Source: Alphaproteobacteria bacterium
GTDB lineage: Bacteria; Pseudomonadota; Alphaproteobacteria; RF32; CAG-239
Direction of reading: 5' to 3'
Assembly: GCA_045537965.1 (NCBI GenBank)
Contig: JAZSQL010000014.1
Span: 4,256 to 68,255, forward strand
Length of the DNA: 64,000 nucleotides
Positions 55,043-64,000 of this stretch are shown here, piece by piece. Below the pieces are notes generated by a model that was not told the DNA's origin, did not search any database, and saw only the letters and a program-made list of their open reading frames with translations. The translations under genes and the position numbers were made by a program. The stretch's first letter is position 1; the number at the start of each line of letters is the position of its first letter.

Positions 55043-56371
55043 TCACTTTTTTCTAATTTCTTGTTTAGCAATTTTACAATAATCAAGTAGTGGAATATTT
55101 GCAGGACAAGTATAGGCACAGCAACCACACTCAATACAATCACCAGCGTGTAGTTTGCGAAGTTCATCAGAAGTTCCATTATAAACAACAGCTTCTTTTA
55201 TAGCAAAAGGACGCAACCCTGCTGGACATACGGTAGCGCATTTACCGCAACGAATACAACTTGAAGCTTCTTCTTTGATAAATTTTTCTTCCCTAAATAG
55301 TAAAATTCCTGATGTTAGCTTAGTTGTAGGTGCCGAGGTATTGACAATTGCATTACCCATCATTGGACCACCTAAAATAATTTTAGCAACATCATCTGTC
55401 AAGCCACCTGCTTTATCTATCAGATATGATATTGGGGTTCCAACTCTAACTCGGTAGTTGCAAGGATGAGCTATACCATCGCCAGATATGGTTAAAATGC
55501 GTTCGAACAATGGTTTGTTTTTTAATACAGCTTCATAAACAGCAAAAACAGTTCCAACATTTTGAACAATACAACCAATATCTATTGGTAATTTACCCGA
55601 AGGAAGCTCTTGACCTGTAATTGCTTTAATTAATTGTTTTTCACCACCTTGAGGATATTTTGTTTTGCAAACTTTGATATTCACACCAATATATAATTTA
55701 GACAAACGGGTTAGTATTTCTATAGCATGAGGTTTGTTTTCATCTACAGCTATTATAGCATTTTGAATACCTAAAGCACGATTTATAACTCTTGCTCCCA
55801 TAATAATTTCTTCAGCATGTTCGACCATAAGACGATCATCTGCGGTTAAAAATGGTTCACATTCAATGCCGTTGACAATTAATATATCAGCTTTTTTGCC
55901 TTCTGGAACAGATGTTTTAATGGGTGTTGGGTACCCTGCTCCACCCATACCAACAATTCCAGCTTGGCGTACCTTTTCAACAATTTCTTCTGGTGTAAAA
56001 TTTATTTCTTTAATAACTTTTGAAGTTCTATCAATACTTGATTCCCATTCATCACCTTCAACCTTTATGGTTATCATTTTCTCTTCATAGCCTGTTGATC
56101 CTGCAACGTCTTCTATTTTTAGAACTTCTCCAGAAACAGAGGAATGAACATCTGATGATACTATACCATCGGCATCGGCTAACAAAGTACCAACTTTTAC
56201 TTTGTCTCCCTTATTTACCATGATTTTGGCAGGAGAACCTATGTGTTGCTTAACTGGTATGCATACTACATCTGGAAGTCCAGCATCTTCTATTGGGCAA
56301 TTAGAAGTTAGCTTACATTTATCGGGATGAATCCCCCCCATAGAAAAACTAAACTTTTTAACCACGAACAT
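55043..56371 (-). CDS. rnfC: Rnf complex subunit C
   Basis: FSMGGIHP N-terminus, GIVGMGGAGYPT, two 4Fe-4S motifs (CIRCGKCATVCP, CIECGCCAYTCP). The start is ambiguous: ATG at 56371, or GTG at 56365 seven nt after AGGAG. Confidence 0.9.
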   Translation of the reverse strand: MFVVKKFSFSMGGIHPDKCKLTSNCPIEDAGLPDVVCIPVKQHIGSPAKIMVNKGDKVKVGTLLADADGIVSSDVHSSVSGEVLKIEDVAGSTGYEEKMITIKVEGDEWESSIDRTSKVIKEINFTPEEIVEKVRQAGIVGMGGAGYPTPIKTSVPEGKKADILIVNGIECEPFLTADDRLMVEHAEEIIMGARVINRALGIQNAIIAVDENKPHAIEILTRLSKLYIGVNIKVCKTKYPQGGEKQLIKAITGQELPSGKLPIDIGCIVQNVGTVFAVYEAVLKNKPLFERILTISGDGIAHPCNYRVRVGTPISYLIDKAGGLTDDVAKIILGGPMMGNAIVNTSAPTTKLTSGILLFREEKFIKEEASSCIRCGKCATVCPAGLRPFAIKEAVVYNGTSDELRKLHAGDCIECGCCAYTCPANIPLLDYCKIAKQEIRKK

Positions 56372-57188
56372 TCTCCTTGTAGACAATGGCACCAGTAGGA
56401 CAATTTTGTGCCAATTCCGCACCGTATTTTTCAGCATCTATATCTGCTGGAATATATGATAAATTGTTATCAATTTTGATTTGCTCATTTATTTTGTTAC
56501 ATTTCATACAAGCAATGCAAGCTGCTTTACAATTTTTTCTGGCAGTTGCACCTTTCTGTTTATTACGACACGCAACATATACTATTCCGCCATTAACGCT
56601 TAGTGGGCGAATTTCAAAAAGACCTCTAGGACATACTTTAACACAGGCTCCACAAGAAACACATTTACGAGAATCAATCTCTGGCAACCCTGTTTCTTCG
56701 TTTAATGATAAAGCACCAAATTTGCAAGATTTAATACAATCGCTAAGCCTTAAACAACCATCAGGACAACCACTTTGACCTGATGATATTCGGTTAGCAA
56801 CACGACAAGAACTTACAGCATCATAAACAACTTTTGCTGGAGCATTTTGACAACTTCCTCGACACAACAATACAGCTGTAGTTGGTGCTTTTTCAGTTGT
56901 TTCAAAACCTTTTATTTCAGCAATTTTTTGCATAACCGCATGACCACCAACAGGACAATAATAGTTAGCAAAAGTGTCAGCATCGGCTTTTGCACAAGCA
57001 GAAGCAAAATCGGCACAACCTGCCTTACCACAGCCACCACAATTAGCTTGAGGAAGTACGTCTACAATTTTTACCGTTGTTTCATCTGTTTCTACCATAA
57101 ATTTTTTGGAAACAAAGTACAAAACAAACGATGCAACAAGGGCCGTTCCACCCAAAATCATAATGTTTAACAATATCAGGTTAGTCAT
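56358..57188 (-). CDS. rnfB: Rnf complex subunit B
   Basis: N-terminal TM helix, CGGCGKAGCADFA, then several ferredoxin-type Cys motifs (CVSCGACVKVCP, CIACMKC). Confidence 0.9.
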   Translation of the reverse strand: MTNLILLNIMILGGTALVASFVLYFVSKKFMVETDETTVKIVDVLPQANCGGCGKAGCADFASACAKADADTFANYYCPVGGHAVMQKIAEIKGFETTEKAPTTAVLLCRGSCQNAPAKVVYDAVSSCRVANRISSGQSGCPDGCLRLSDCIKSCKFGALSLNEETGLPEIDSRKCVSCGACVKVCPRGLFEIRPLSVNGGIVYVACRNKQKGATARKNCKAACIACMKCNKINEQIKIDNNLSYIPADIDAEKYGAELAQNCPTGAIVYKENVRG

Positions 57189-57612
57189 TTTTTATTGCGT
57201 CCTTTTTTGATATTTTAAACTTAAAGTCTGATTTTATCTTATTTCGGCACAAGAATACTCCAAAATAATAAGGAATCAAGATAATTATAGCAGATATACC
57301 GCTAATAAAATCATTATAACCTAGCGATAAGCTTGTTATTAGGGTTAGTAAAAGTAAAACAAGAGGAACAACATAACTGAAAATAACAGCTTTAAAACCT
57401 TGCTTAGTATTCATTACAATATTCACTTCTTCTCCAATCACTAGTTTTTGGTTATTTTTGTTGTGCAATTGGATAACTCGTTCCTTTACCTCATTTAATG
57501 AGCAATAATTTTTAACACTACAGCTTGAACAAGCAGAACAACTTTTTATTTTTAAGCTTATGATATCTTTATTAATTGCTGTAATTGTTGCTGATTTAGT
57601 TATATTTTCCAT
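57181..57612 (-). CDS. RseC/MucC-family (SoxR-reducing system) membrane protein
   Basis: N-terminal Cys motif CSACSSCSVKNYC followed by two TM helices. Overlaps rnfB by 8 nt. Confidence 0.7.
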   Translation of the reverse strand: MENITKSATITAINKDIISLKIKSCSACSSCSVKNYCSLNEVKERVIQLHNKNNQKLVIGEEVNIVMNTKQGFKAVIFSYVVPLVLLLLTLITSLSLGYNDFISGISAIIILIPYYFGVFLCRNKIKSDFKFKISKKDAIKND

Positions 57613-57616
57613 TTTG

Positions 57617-58618
57617 CTATTCTCCTAAAAAAGCTTTAGCATTATTTGAGTAATGAATATTTAACTCTTTATCAAAAATGATTACTTTTAAATTATTGTT
57701 ATTAGCATATTTCATTCCAGCTTTCAGTCCCATAGCAACAATGGCTGTTGCGTGAGCATCAGCATACATACAAGAATCATGAAAAACACTTGCTGATAAA
57801 ACATCTGTCTGAATAGGATATCCTGTTTTGGGCGATATAGTATGGGCATATATTTTCCCATTTTTTTGATAAAAATTACGATAGTTACCTGATGTTGCAA
57901 CGGCAATATTACTTAAAGATAAAATGAGCGAATTTTCGGATGAACCAACAATAGGCTTGTTTATACCTATATTCCAAGTATTATTATTTTCTAAACGAGA
58001 GCCTTTAGCTTTTATTTCACCTCCTATTTCAACAAGATAATTGTTATATCCTTCTTTATTCAAAATTTGAGCAATTGCATCAACAGCATATCCTTTAGCA
58101 ATTGCAGATAAATTTATTTCTATATTAGGACGTGTTTTCTTAACTTTTTGAAAAGAACTATCAAACTTTAGCTTAGCAAAACCAGTATTAACCAGAGCTT
58201 TTTTTATTTGCCTATCGCTTGGATTTTGTGGCTTTATTGTACCAAATCCCCATAATTCAATTAATTTGCCTATTGTTGGATCAAACCAACCATTAGACAA
58301 CTTCCATACTTTGTGCGATGCTTGTAATACTTTAGCAAAATCATCTGATAACAAATGCCATTTTTGTGATTTTGTTTTATTAAAATTTGATATTTCACTA
58401 TCTTCTCTAAAAACAGACATTTGTTGGTTTATATCTTCAAGTTTTGATTCTATTTTGCTTTTCAAGTCTTTGTTTTTATTATTGGTGCGTATTTTGATAT
58501 TGTAATAAGTTCCAAAAACATCACCTTTGATTATTTGATAATGTGGAGAATTTTTATATATTATTACGCTAATGATTATAATACATAGCAATATTGAAAT
58601 ATATTGAAAAATACGCAT
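57617..58618 (-). CDS. apbE: FAD:protein FMN transferase
   Basis: ApbE pattern (GDVFGTYYNI, SAIAKGYAVD, VEIGGEI, VATSGNY, HTISPKTGYP, ADAHATA). ATG at 58618 gives a signal/anchor MRIFQYISILLCIIIISVIIY. Confidence 0.85.
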   Translation of the reverse strand: MRIFQYISILLCIIIISVIIYKNSPHYQIIKGDVFGTYYNIKIRTNNKNKDLKSKIESKLEDINQQMSVFREDSEISNFNKTKSQKWHLLSDDFAKVLQASHKVWKLSNGWFDPTIGKLIELWGFGTIKPQNPSDRQIKKALVNTGFAKLKFDSSFQKVKKTRPNIEINLSAIAKGYAVDAIAQILNKEGYNNYLVEIGGEIKAKGSRLENNNTWNIGINKPIVGSSENSLILSLSNIAVATSGNYRNFYQKNGKIYAHTISPKTGYPIQTDVLSASVFHDSCMYADAHATAIVAMGLKAGMKYANNNNLKVIIFDKELNIHYSNNAKAFLGE

Positions 58619-58730
58619 ATTTATACCTGTATAATTACAAAGTTGCTTTTTACAAAAAACAAAAAGTGTTTTATAGTTAAGCGCATATAAAGTCAATAAT
58701 CTAATTTTTAATAGCTATAAGGATACTAGC

Positions 58731-59432
58731 ATGATTGAAATGTTTATAAATAAAATCAAACAGTTAATTAAAGAATATAAATCTTCTGAATTTTGCAAAA
58801 ATACTAAATGTATAAAAGATAAGTGGATGAAAAAAATTGATATTTGGGGTAAAGAATTATCCAAGAGTGGAATAAATGCCAATATGGTAAGTATATTTGG
58901 ATTTGTTATTGGTATGATGGCTATTAACTTTTTGGCTATGAACATGTATTTTGAAGCATTGGTTTGTATATTAGTAAATCGCTTTTGTGATGTGTTGGAT
59001 GGAGCTGTTGCTAGAGTTGAAGGAATTACAACTTTTGGTGTGTTTTTAGATGCTTGCCTTGACTTTGTATTTTATGCGGGAGTTATATTTGGCTTTGCCT
59101 TGGCTGATCCTTATGAAAATGCTACAGCTGCTTGTTTCCTTCTTTTTGGCTTTACGGCTTCGGCATCGGCTATGCTTGCTTATGGAATTGTTAGCCATAA
59201 TAAAGATGGTAATAATTCGATAAAAGAACTCAATACTCTAGAATCGCCTTTTTATTTAGGTGGAATTGCACAAGGATTTGAAACTGTCTGTGCTTTTGTA
59301 TTACTTTGTATTATGCCTTTTGCATTTTTACCAATTGCTATTGCTTTGGGATGTTGGTGCTTGTTAAAAGCATTGGTTGTTATATCTTCGGCTTATTATA
59401 GATTAGTTATATTGCAGAAAAGCAAAAAATAA
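58731..59432 (+). CDS. CDP-alcohol phosphatidyltransferase family protein
   Basis: Signature DVLDGAVARVEGITTFGVFLDACLD (D-x2-DG-x2-AR...G-x3-D-x3-D). Polytopic. Confidence 0.75.
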   Translation: MIEMFINKIKQLIKEYKSSEFCKNTKCIKDKWMKKIDIWGKELSKSGINANMVSIFGFVIGMMAINFLAMNMYFEALVCILVNRFCDVLDGAVARVEGITTFGVFLDACLDFVFYAGVIFGFALADPYENATAACFLLFGFTASASAMLAYGIVSHNKDGNNSIKELNTLESPFYLGGIAQGFETVCAFVLLCIMPFAFLPIAIALGCWCLLKALVVISSAYYRLVILQKSKK

Positions 59433-60946
59433 TGAAATTTGTAAAGCTTTTTTGTTTGCTTGTAGTTTTATGGTGTTCATCGGCAAAGGCTGAGCAGATA
59501 GTTGAGCTTGATTATTTTACAAGATATAATAACAATAAGTTACTTGAAGTAATTTTACAGTTTAATATTAAATCTGGATGGCATATTTTTGCTCCTTATC
59601 AGCAAGAATTCGGTTCCCCTTTAAAAATCGTTTGGCAGGATATTGATGAAAACAATATATTGGAGGAAAGTTTTAGTCGAACGAAACGATTTGATTTAGA
59701 TGATTTTTCTTTTGATGGATATGACAAAAAAGCTTTTTATAAAACAACCATAAAAACCCAAAAGCAAAATAGCAAACTAAAAATAAGTTGGTTGGCATGT
59801 GCTGAAGAATGTGTTCCTGAAAATATAGAGATAGATATAGCTCATAAAACAAATAGTAATTTTGAGCAAAAGCTAGAAGAAATTGCAGATTATTTTATTA
59901 GTTTAGATTTTAAATTAAAACAAAAACTGTTGCTAATGTTGTTTTTGGCTTTTGCTGGAGGTATTATTTTAAATCTGATGCCATGTGTTTTTCCTATTTT
60001 GAGTATTAAGATTATATCTTTGGCACAAATGGAAAACGATAAAAGAGGCATTGAAGCGACTTTTTATAGTTTTGGGGTGGTTATTTCAATGCTAGCTATA
60101 GCAGGAATTTTATTTATATTACGACAATTTGATGCAACTATTGGTTGGGGTTTTCAACTACAATCGCCCTATTTTGTGCTAATTATGTTATTTTTATTTA
60201 TAATTCTTACTCTAATGATGCTTGATGTCATAAATATTAATAACAGTTGGAGTAGTAAAATTGCTTTTTTGCGTTTTAATAATCCTAAAACAAATGCTTT
60301 TATGACAGGATTTTTGGCTGTTTTGATTGCTAGTCCTTGTACAGCACCGTTTATGGGAGCCGCAATTGCCTATGCAGTTATGTCGCCCGTTTACTACTAT
60401 TTTCCTGTGTTTTTATTTTTGGGTTTAGGATATGCTTTTCCTTTTGCCATAATAGCTTGGAATCCTCTTAAACTGCGCCGAATTTTGCCAAAACCAGGAA
60501 AATGGATGAATATTTTGAAAAAAGTTTTAAGTATTCCCCTTATTTTTACGTGTATTTGGTTAATTTGGGTATTGCTAGCTCAACAAGGTGTTGTGGTTTC
60601 TGGACAAAATCTTAAATGGAATGATTTTTCAACTGACAAAGTAGAACAAGCTTTAAAAAATGAGCAACCTGTATTTATTGATTTTACTGCTAAGTGGTGT
60701 ATTACCTGCTTAGTAAACAAAAGAGTTGCTTTACAATCTGATGAATTTGCAAACTTGGTAAAAAATAAGAATATTTTATTGTTGCGGGCTGATGCTACCA
60801 ACCAAGATAAAGATGTCGGAAAGGCTCTTAATTCTTATGGAAGAGCTAGCGTTCCTTTATATGTATATTATGATGGCAAATCTGATGACTATTTAATTTT
60901 ACCCCAGATTATAACCCCTAGTATTTTATCAGAATATTTAGATTAA
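59432..60946 (+). CDS. dsbD: Thiol:disulfide interchange protein DsbD-type (TM core plus C-terminal thioredoxin)
   Basis: Signal peptide, N-terminal domain, TM Cys motifs LMPCVFPILS and ASPCTAPF, C-terminal FTAKWCITC thioredoxin motif. TAATG overlap with the upstream gene. Confidence 0.8.
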   Translation: MKFVKLFCLLVVLWCSSAKAEQIVELDYFTRYNNNKLLEVILQFNIKSGWHIFAPYQQEFGSPLKIVWQDIDENNILEESFSRTKRFDLDDFSFDGYDKKAFYKTTIKTQKQNSKLKISWLACAEECVPENIEIDIAHKTNSNFEQKLEEIADYFISLDFKLKQKLLLMLFLAFAGGIILNLMPCVFPILSIKIISLAQMENDKRGIEATFYSFGVVISMLAIAGILFILRQFDATIGWGFQLQSPYFVLIMLFLFIILTLMMLDVININNSWSSKIAFLRFNNPKTNAFMTGFLAVLIASPCTAPFMGAAIAYAVMSPVYYYFPVFLFLGLGYAFPFAIIAWNPLKLRRILPKPGKWMNILKKVLSIPLIFTCIWLIWVLLAQQGVVVSGQNLKWNDFSTDKVEQALKNEQPVFIDFTAKWCITCLVNKRVALQSDEFANLVKNKNILLLRADATNQDKDVGKALNSYGRASVPLYVYYDGKSDDYLILPQIITPSILSEYLD

Positions 60947-60953
60947 TATTAAA

Positions 60954-63005
60954 CTAACGTGTTCTTGTATTGGCATTATTCATCAAGTTTGTTACTCTAT
61001 TTACAGCTTTACTATACGCTTCTCTCTCTGGCTCTCTTTGAGCTGCTAATTCATAATTTTGTTTTGCTCGATTCAAGTTTCCTTTAGCTTCATAAGCCAT
61101 ACCTGCATTATAATTAGCAGGAGCATATTGTTCTGTTTCGCCTGTTTTTAGGATTTCTTGGCATTCAGCAATACATTTATCATATTCTTTTAAATGGTAA
61201 TAAGTTATTGCTAAATCATTGTGAATATCAGCACCATTATACCCCGCATCAATCATTGCTTGGAAATCATTGCGAGCTTTGTCATAATATTTGTTATTAT
61301 ATGCGGCTAACGCTGCATTGTACATACTGTCAGCAGTATATCTTGTCTCAGCCGCTGCAAAATTTAATGTTCTCCCACCACAGTAAATATCAATACCGTT
61401 TTCTTCGGCTATTTGATCTACGGTTTTTCCGCCTTTACAAACATAATTGCATATACATTGGGAGGTTTGGCTTGCTTCAACCAGACTTCCTTGAGCAAGA
61501 CCTTTTTGCATTAACGTGCATTGTTCTATAGGTAATTGGGTTACAGAAGTAACATAACTTTTATTACCCTTTGAATTAACACTTTCTTTGATTAAAAACA
61601 TCCCCATTTTATTGGCATAATCATCAAGATTAAGGTATAACAATGCTTCATGAGTATGACGTCTTAAGATACCATCATTATAAGAAGAATTTTCTGGTTT
61701 TAGACTCATTAGATAATCTGCACATTTGATAGAATCTTGATAATTTTCTTTAACAAATCTGCACAAGGCACGACCATTAGTCTCATTATTATACATACAG
61801 GTAGCTATTGCGGCAAATTCGCAAATATTAAGTTCAGCTCCTTGTAACAAATTACACATATTTTTGTATACTCGTCCGTTTTCACGACTACGAAACCAAC
61901 CATCAGCTATTGCGCTTGCTTGTTGACCTGTTACTGTATAATTAGGGTGCTTTTGTAGGTAGCTTTTAGTTAATATCCATTTAGAACTTGTTGGATCACC
62001 ATTTTCAGGATACCAATAACTTCCAATACCAATTGTATTGCTTATTTTTTTACCATTATCAGAATAACCTTCTTTGACAAAAACTTCAGTTGGTAGCATT
62101 GACTCAATTATCAAGGGAAAAGCAGCATCATATAATTGTTGAAAACTTTGTTCGTCAGTTATTTTATATTTTTTAGATAGTGCTTCATTTTCATTATTAT
62201 CAACAATTTGAGATATTATGTTTTTATCTCCAATTGATAGTTCTCCCCCATTTTTCATAAGTTTAATTCCGCCATAAGAAGCAGCTATAATCATTCCTTT
62301 ATACAAACCTTTTTTAATATAAGGCAACGCTTTATCATCAATCCATTTTTTCTTTTTAGGATCAATAGATATTCGATGTTTTTTATCTAGTATTGTATAT
62401 CCTAAAGCAAAAGGTGATGTGATGGTACCTATGGCGGCATTAGTAGCTTGTTTCGTTGTCCATTTTAAAGCTTTACATACTGCCTTGCATATTTTACGAG
62501 TTGTATATACAAGGTGTTTTTTTGTACATTCATTAAAATGTTTACGGCTTAACGAAACTTTTGCTTGAGCTTCAGGATATTCTTTATTTAGGCGAGCTGT
62601 CTTGATTATTGCGTCTTTATAGCGCTTTACTGCTTGTTCGTAAACTTTGGCAAAAATTGCACTATCAGACATTTTCTTTTGAGCATATTTGAACGGAACA
62701 ACCAAATGAATATTTTGTTTTTGAAGAATATCTAAATCTATTTCACGACATATAATGGGATTATCTTTATTTCTTTCGCGCTTGTTGTGGCGATCATATT
62801 TTTCTGGCTCACAATCTTGGAAAGAAAATAAATCATCAACAAATGCATCTATGTCGCCATTATAACTAACTGGAACTACAAGGCTTTTACCTCCCTCCAG
62901 ATTCAATTTCACAAGCTCCTTACCTTGTTTTTTGTATTCATCTAAAATATATTTGCTGTATTTTTGTTCCATTGTTTTTTGACCTGTCTTATTGATTTTA
63001 TACAT
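60954..63005 (-). CDS. Large orphan protein with a lysozyme (GH24)-like central region and C-terminal TPR repeats
   Basis: VKEGYSDNGKKISNTIGIGSY (E..D..TIGIG), TVTGQQASAIADGWF, ICEFAAIATCMYNNETNG and GILRRHTHEALLY follow the order of GH24 muramidase motifs. The last ~120 aa are TPR-like (YDKARNDFQAMI..., AITYYHLKEYDKCIAECQEIL, AGMAYEAKGNLNRAKQNYELA). The start is uncertain. Confidence 0.4.
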   Translation of the reverse strand: MYKINKTGQKTMEQKYSKYILDEYKKQGKELVKLNLEGGKSLVVPVSYNGDIDAFVDDLFSFQDCEPEKYDRHNKRERNKDNPIICREIDLDILQKQNIHLVVPFKYAQKKMSDSAIFAKVYEQAVKRYKDAIIKTARLNKEYPEAQAKVSLSRKHFNECTKKHLVYTTRKICKAVCKALKWTTKQATNAAIGTITSPFALGYTILDKKHRISIDPKKKKWIDDKALPYIKKGLYKGMIIAASYGGIKLMKNGGELSIGDKNIISQIVDNNENEALSKKYKITDEQSFQQLYDAAFPLIIESMLPTEVFVKEGYSDNGKKISNTIGIGSYWYPENGDPTSSKWILTKSYLQKHPNYTVTGQQASAIADGWFRSRENGRVYKNMCNLLQGAELNICEFAAIATCMYNNETNGRALCRFVKENYQDSIKCADYLMSLKPENSSYNDGILRRHTHEALLYLNLDDYANKMGMFLIKESVNSKGNKSYVTSVTQLPIEQCTLMQKGLAQGSLVEASQTSQCICNYVCKGGKTVDQIAEENGIDIYCGGRTLNFAAAETRYTADSMYNAALAAYNNKYYDKARNDFQAMIDAGYNGADIHNDLAITYYHLKEYDKCIAECQEILKTGETEQYAPANYNAGMAYEAKGNLNRAKQNYELAAQREPEREAYSKAVNRVTNLMNNANTRTR

Positions 63006-63257
63006 TTATAGTACCATAAAATCAATTTTTTGCAAATATTTTTTAGACAAAAAGACAAAATGTATTATAAGTAACCCACATAAATTCAATCGATTGATTG
63101 ACTTTTAAAATTTATAGGTATAATATTTCTATCTGTTTTATAGTTTCCTTTAGGATACTAGGTTACATAAAAGTGCATACTTTACATAGCCTTTAAAATA
63201 ATATTTATTTACGGATGATGAGGGTTATGTTGTGCATCTATACTTAGGAACTTATTA

Positions 63258-64000
63258 ATGTTTGATAAAGTAATGTATTTGGATTTTGAAGAACCAATTT
63301 ACAAATTGGATAACAAGATTCAAGAATTAAAAGCTTGTTGTGATGATAAGCTGGCTAAAGATTTTAATAAAGAGATAGCAGATCTTGAACGTAAAACACA
63401 AAAACTTTTGGCTGAAACATATAGTAACCTCACTCCTTGGCAAAAGGTTTGTGTAGCAAGACATGCTGAACGTCCTCACAGTATTGACTATATTAATGCC
63501 CTAGTAGATAATTTTATGCCTATAGCTGGTGATAAGAATTTTGGTGATGATGAGGCTATTATCGGCGGACTTGGATTCTTTAGAGGGCAGTCGGTTATGA
63601 TTATTGCCCAAGAAAAAGGTAGTGATTTAGAAAGTCGTTTACGTCATGGTTTTGGTATGCCAAAACCTGAAGGATATCGTAAAGCTAAAAGATTGATGGA
63701 TCTAGCAAACCGTTTTAACATACCTATCATCGCCCTTATTGATACAGCGGGGGCTTTTCCTGGTATTGAGGGCGAAGAACGTGGACAAGCTGAAGCAATA
63801 GCATCTTGTATTATGGAAGGCTTTTTACTTAATGTTCCATACATATCTTTGGTTATTGGTGAAGGTGGTTCTGGTGGTGCAATTGCATTAGCTACAGCAA
63901 ATAGAATTTTGATGCTTGAACATTCGATTTATTCCGTAATTTCACCTGAAGGATGCGCTTCTATCTTGTGGCGTGATGGAACAGAGGTTAAAAAAGCAGC
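63258..64000 (+). CDS. accA: Acetyl-CoA carboxylase carboxyltransferase alpha subunit (3' end outside the window)
   Basis: Not in the ORF track because the frame is open to the window edge. YLDFEEPIYKLDNKIQEL, ARHAERPHSIDYI, GFGMPKPEGYRKAKRLMDLA, IDTAGAFPGIEGEERGQAEAIA, IGEGGSGGA. Start is the ATG at 63258 or 63273. Confidence 0.9.
   Translation, partial: MFDKVMYLDFEEPIYKLDNKIQELKACCDDKLAKDFNKEIADLERKTQKLLAETYSNLTPWQKVCVARHAERPHSIDYINALVDNFMPIAGDKNFGDDEAIIGGLGFFRGQSVMIIAQEKGSDLESRLRHGFGMPKPEGYRKAKRLMDLANRFNIPIIALIDTAGAFPGIEGEERGQAEAIASCIMEGFLLNVPYISLVIGEGGSGGAIALATANRILMLEHSIYSVISPEGCASILWRDGTEVKKA

Noticed and set aside
54043-58696. Long N-terminal extensions and large gene overlaps in the track for rnfD (to 55188), rnfC (to 56437), rnfE (to 53508) and apbE (to 58696).
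   Set aside because: Internal ATG/GTG codons placed just after the upstream stop reproduce the typical family N-termini and remove 50-150-nt overlaps. The extensions are upstream read-through of open frames.
63098-63124. Near-consensus TTGACT ... TATAAT pair upstream of accA.
   Set aside because: The spacer is 15 nt, or 19 nt using the overlapping TTGATT, so neither is optimal. It would imply a ~130-nt leader with no obvious structure. I keep it only as a weak possibility.
1-64000. Alternative genetic code (TGA = Trp), as in some AT-rich reduced genomes.
   Set aside because: Standard-code translation gives full-length, motif-complete proteins. TGA is used as a genuine stop, for example for rnfC at 55043, pip at 45366 and the histidine phosphatase at 44785.
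1-64000. CRISPR arrays, rRNA genes, IS elements or prophage blocks.
   Set aside because: None seen. The intergenic regions are short (mostly under 200 nt), and I noticed no regularly spaced repeats, transposase, integrase or phage structural genes.

Overview
AT-rich (about one-third G+C by eye), densely coding bacterial chromosomal window. I can support about 60 CDS, one tRNA-Pro, about ten intrinsic terminators and one decayed gene. I saw no rRNA, CRISPR array, transposase or integrase. The housekeeping gene order looks alphaproteobacterial (recO-parC, dusB-trkA-hfq-hflX, kdsA, rpsD, yejEF, accA), but the energy-metabolism genes are those of a fermentative anaerobe. adhE runs without a visible terminator into a HydS-type sensory [FeFe]-hydrogenase, a PP2C phosphatase and a second, group-B-like [FeFe]-hydrogenase (5.5-13.1 kb). 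There is also a rubrerythrin, an archaeal/eukaryote-type ProRS and an apbE-rseC-rnfBCDGEA operon (52.3-58.6 kb). The adhE-sensor-hydrogenase cluster is my best candidate for an undescribed system; it has no visible kinase or DNA-binding output. Other candidates are listed here. (1) A zeta-toxin-like kinase sits at the end of a translationally coupled queH-pip-histidine phosphatase operon. (2) A ~1394-aa membrane-anchored coiled-coil protein follows parC. (3) A ~20-residue beta-solenoid repeat protein. (4) An ~887-aa membrane protein with an acidic tail occupies the place of yejAB. (5) A motor-only FtsK paralogue. (6) A lysozyme-like/TPR protein. All family calls come from reading motifs in the translations; no alignments or database searches were possible.
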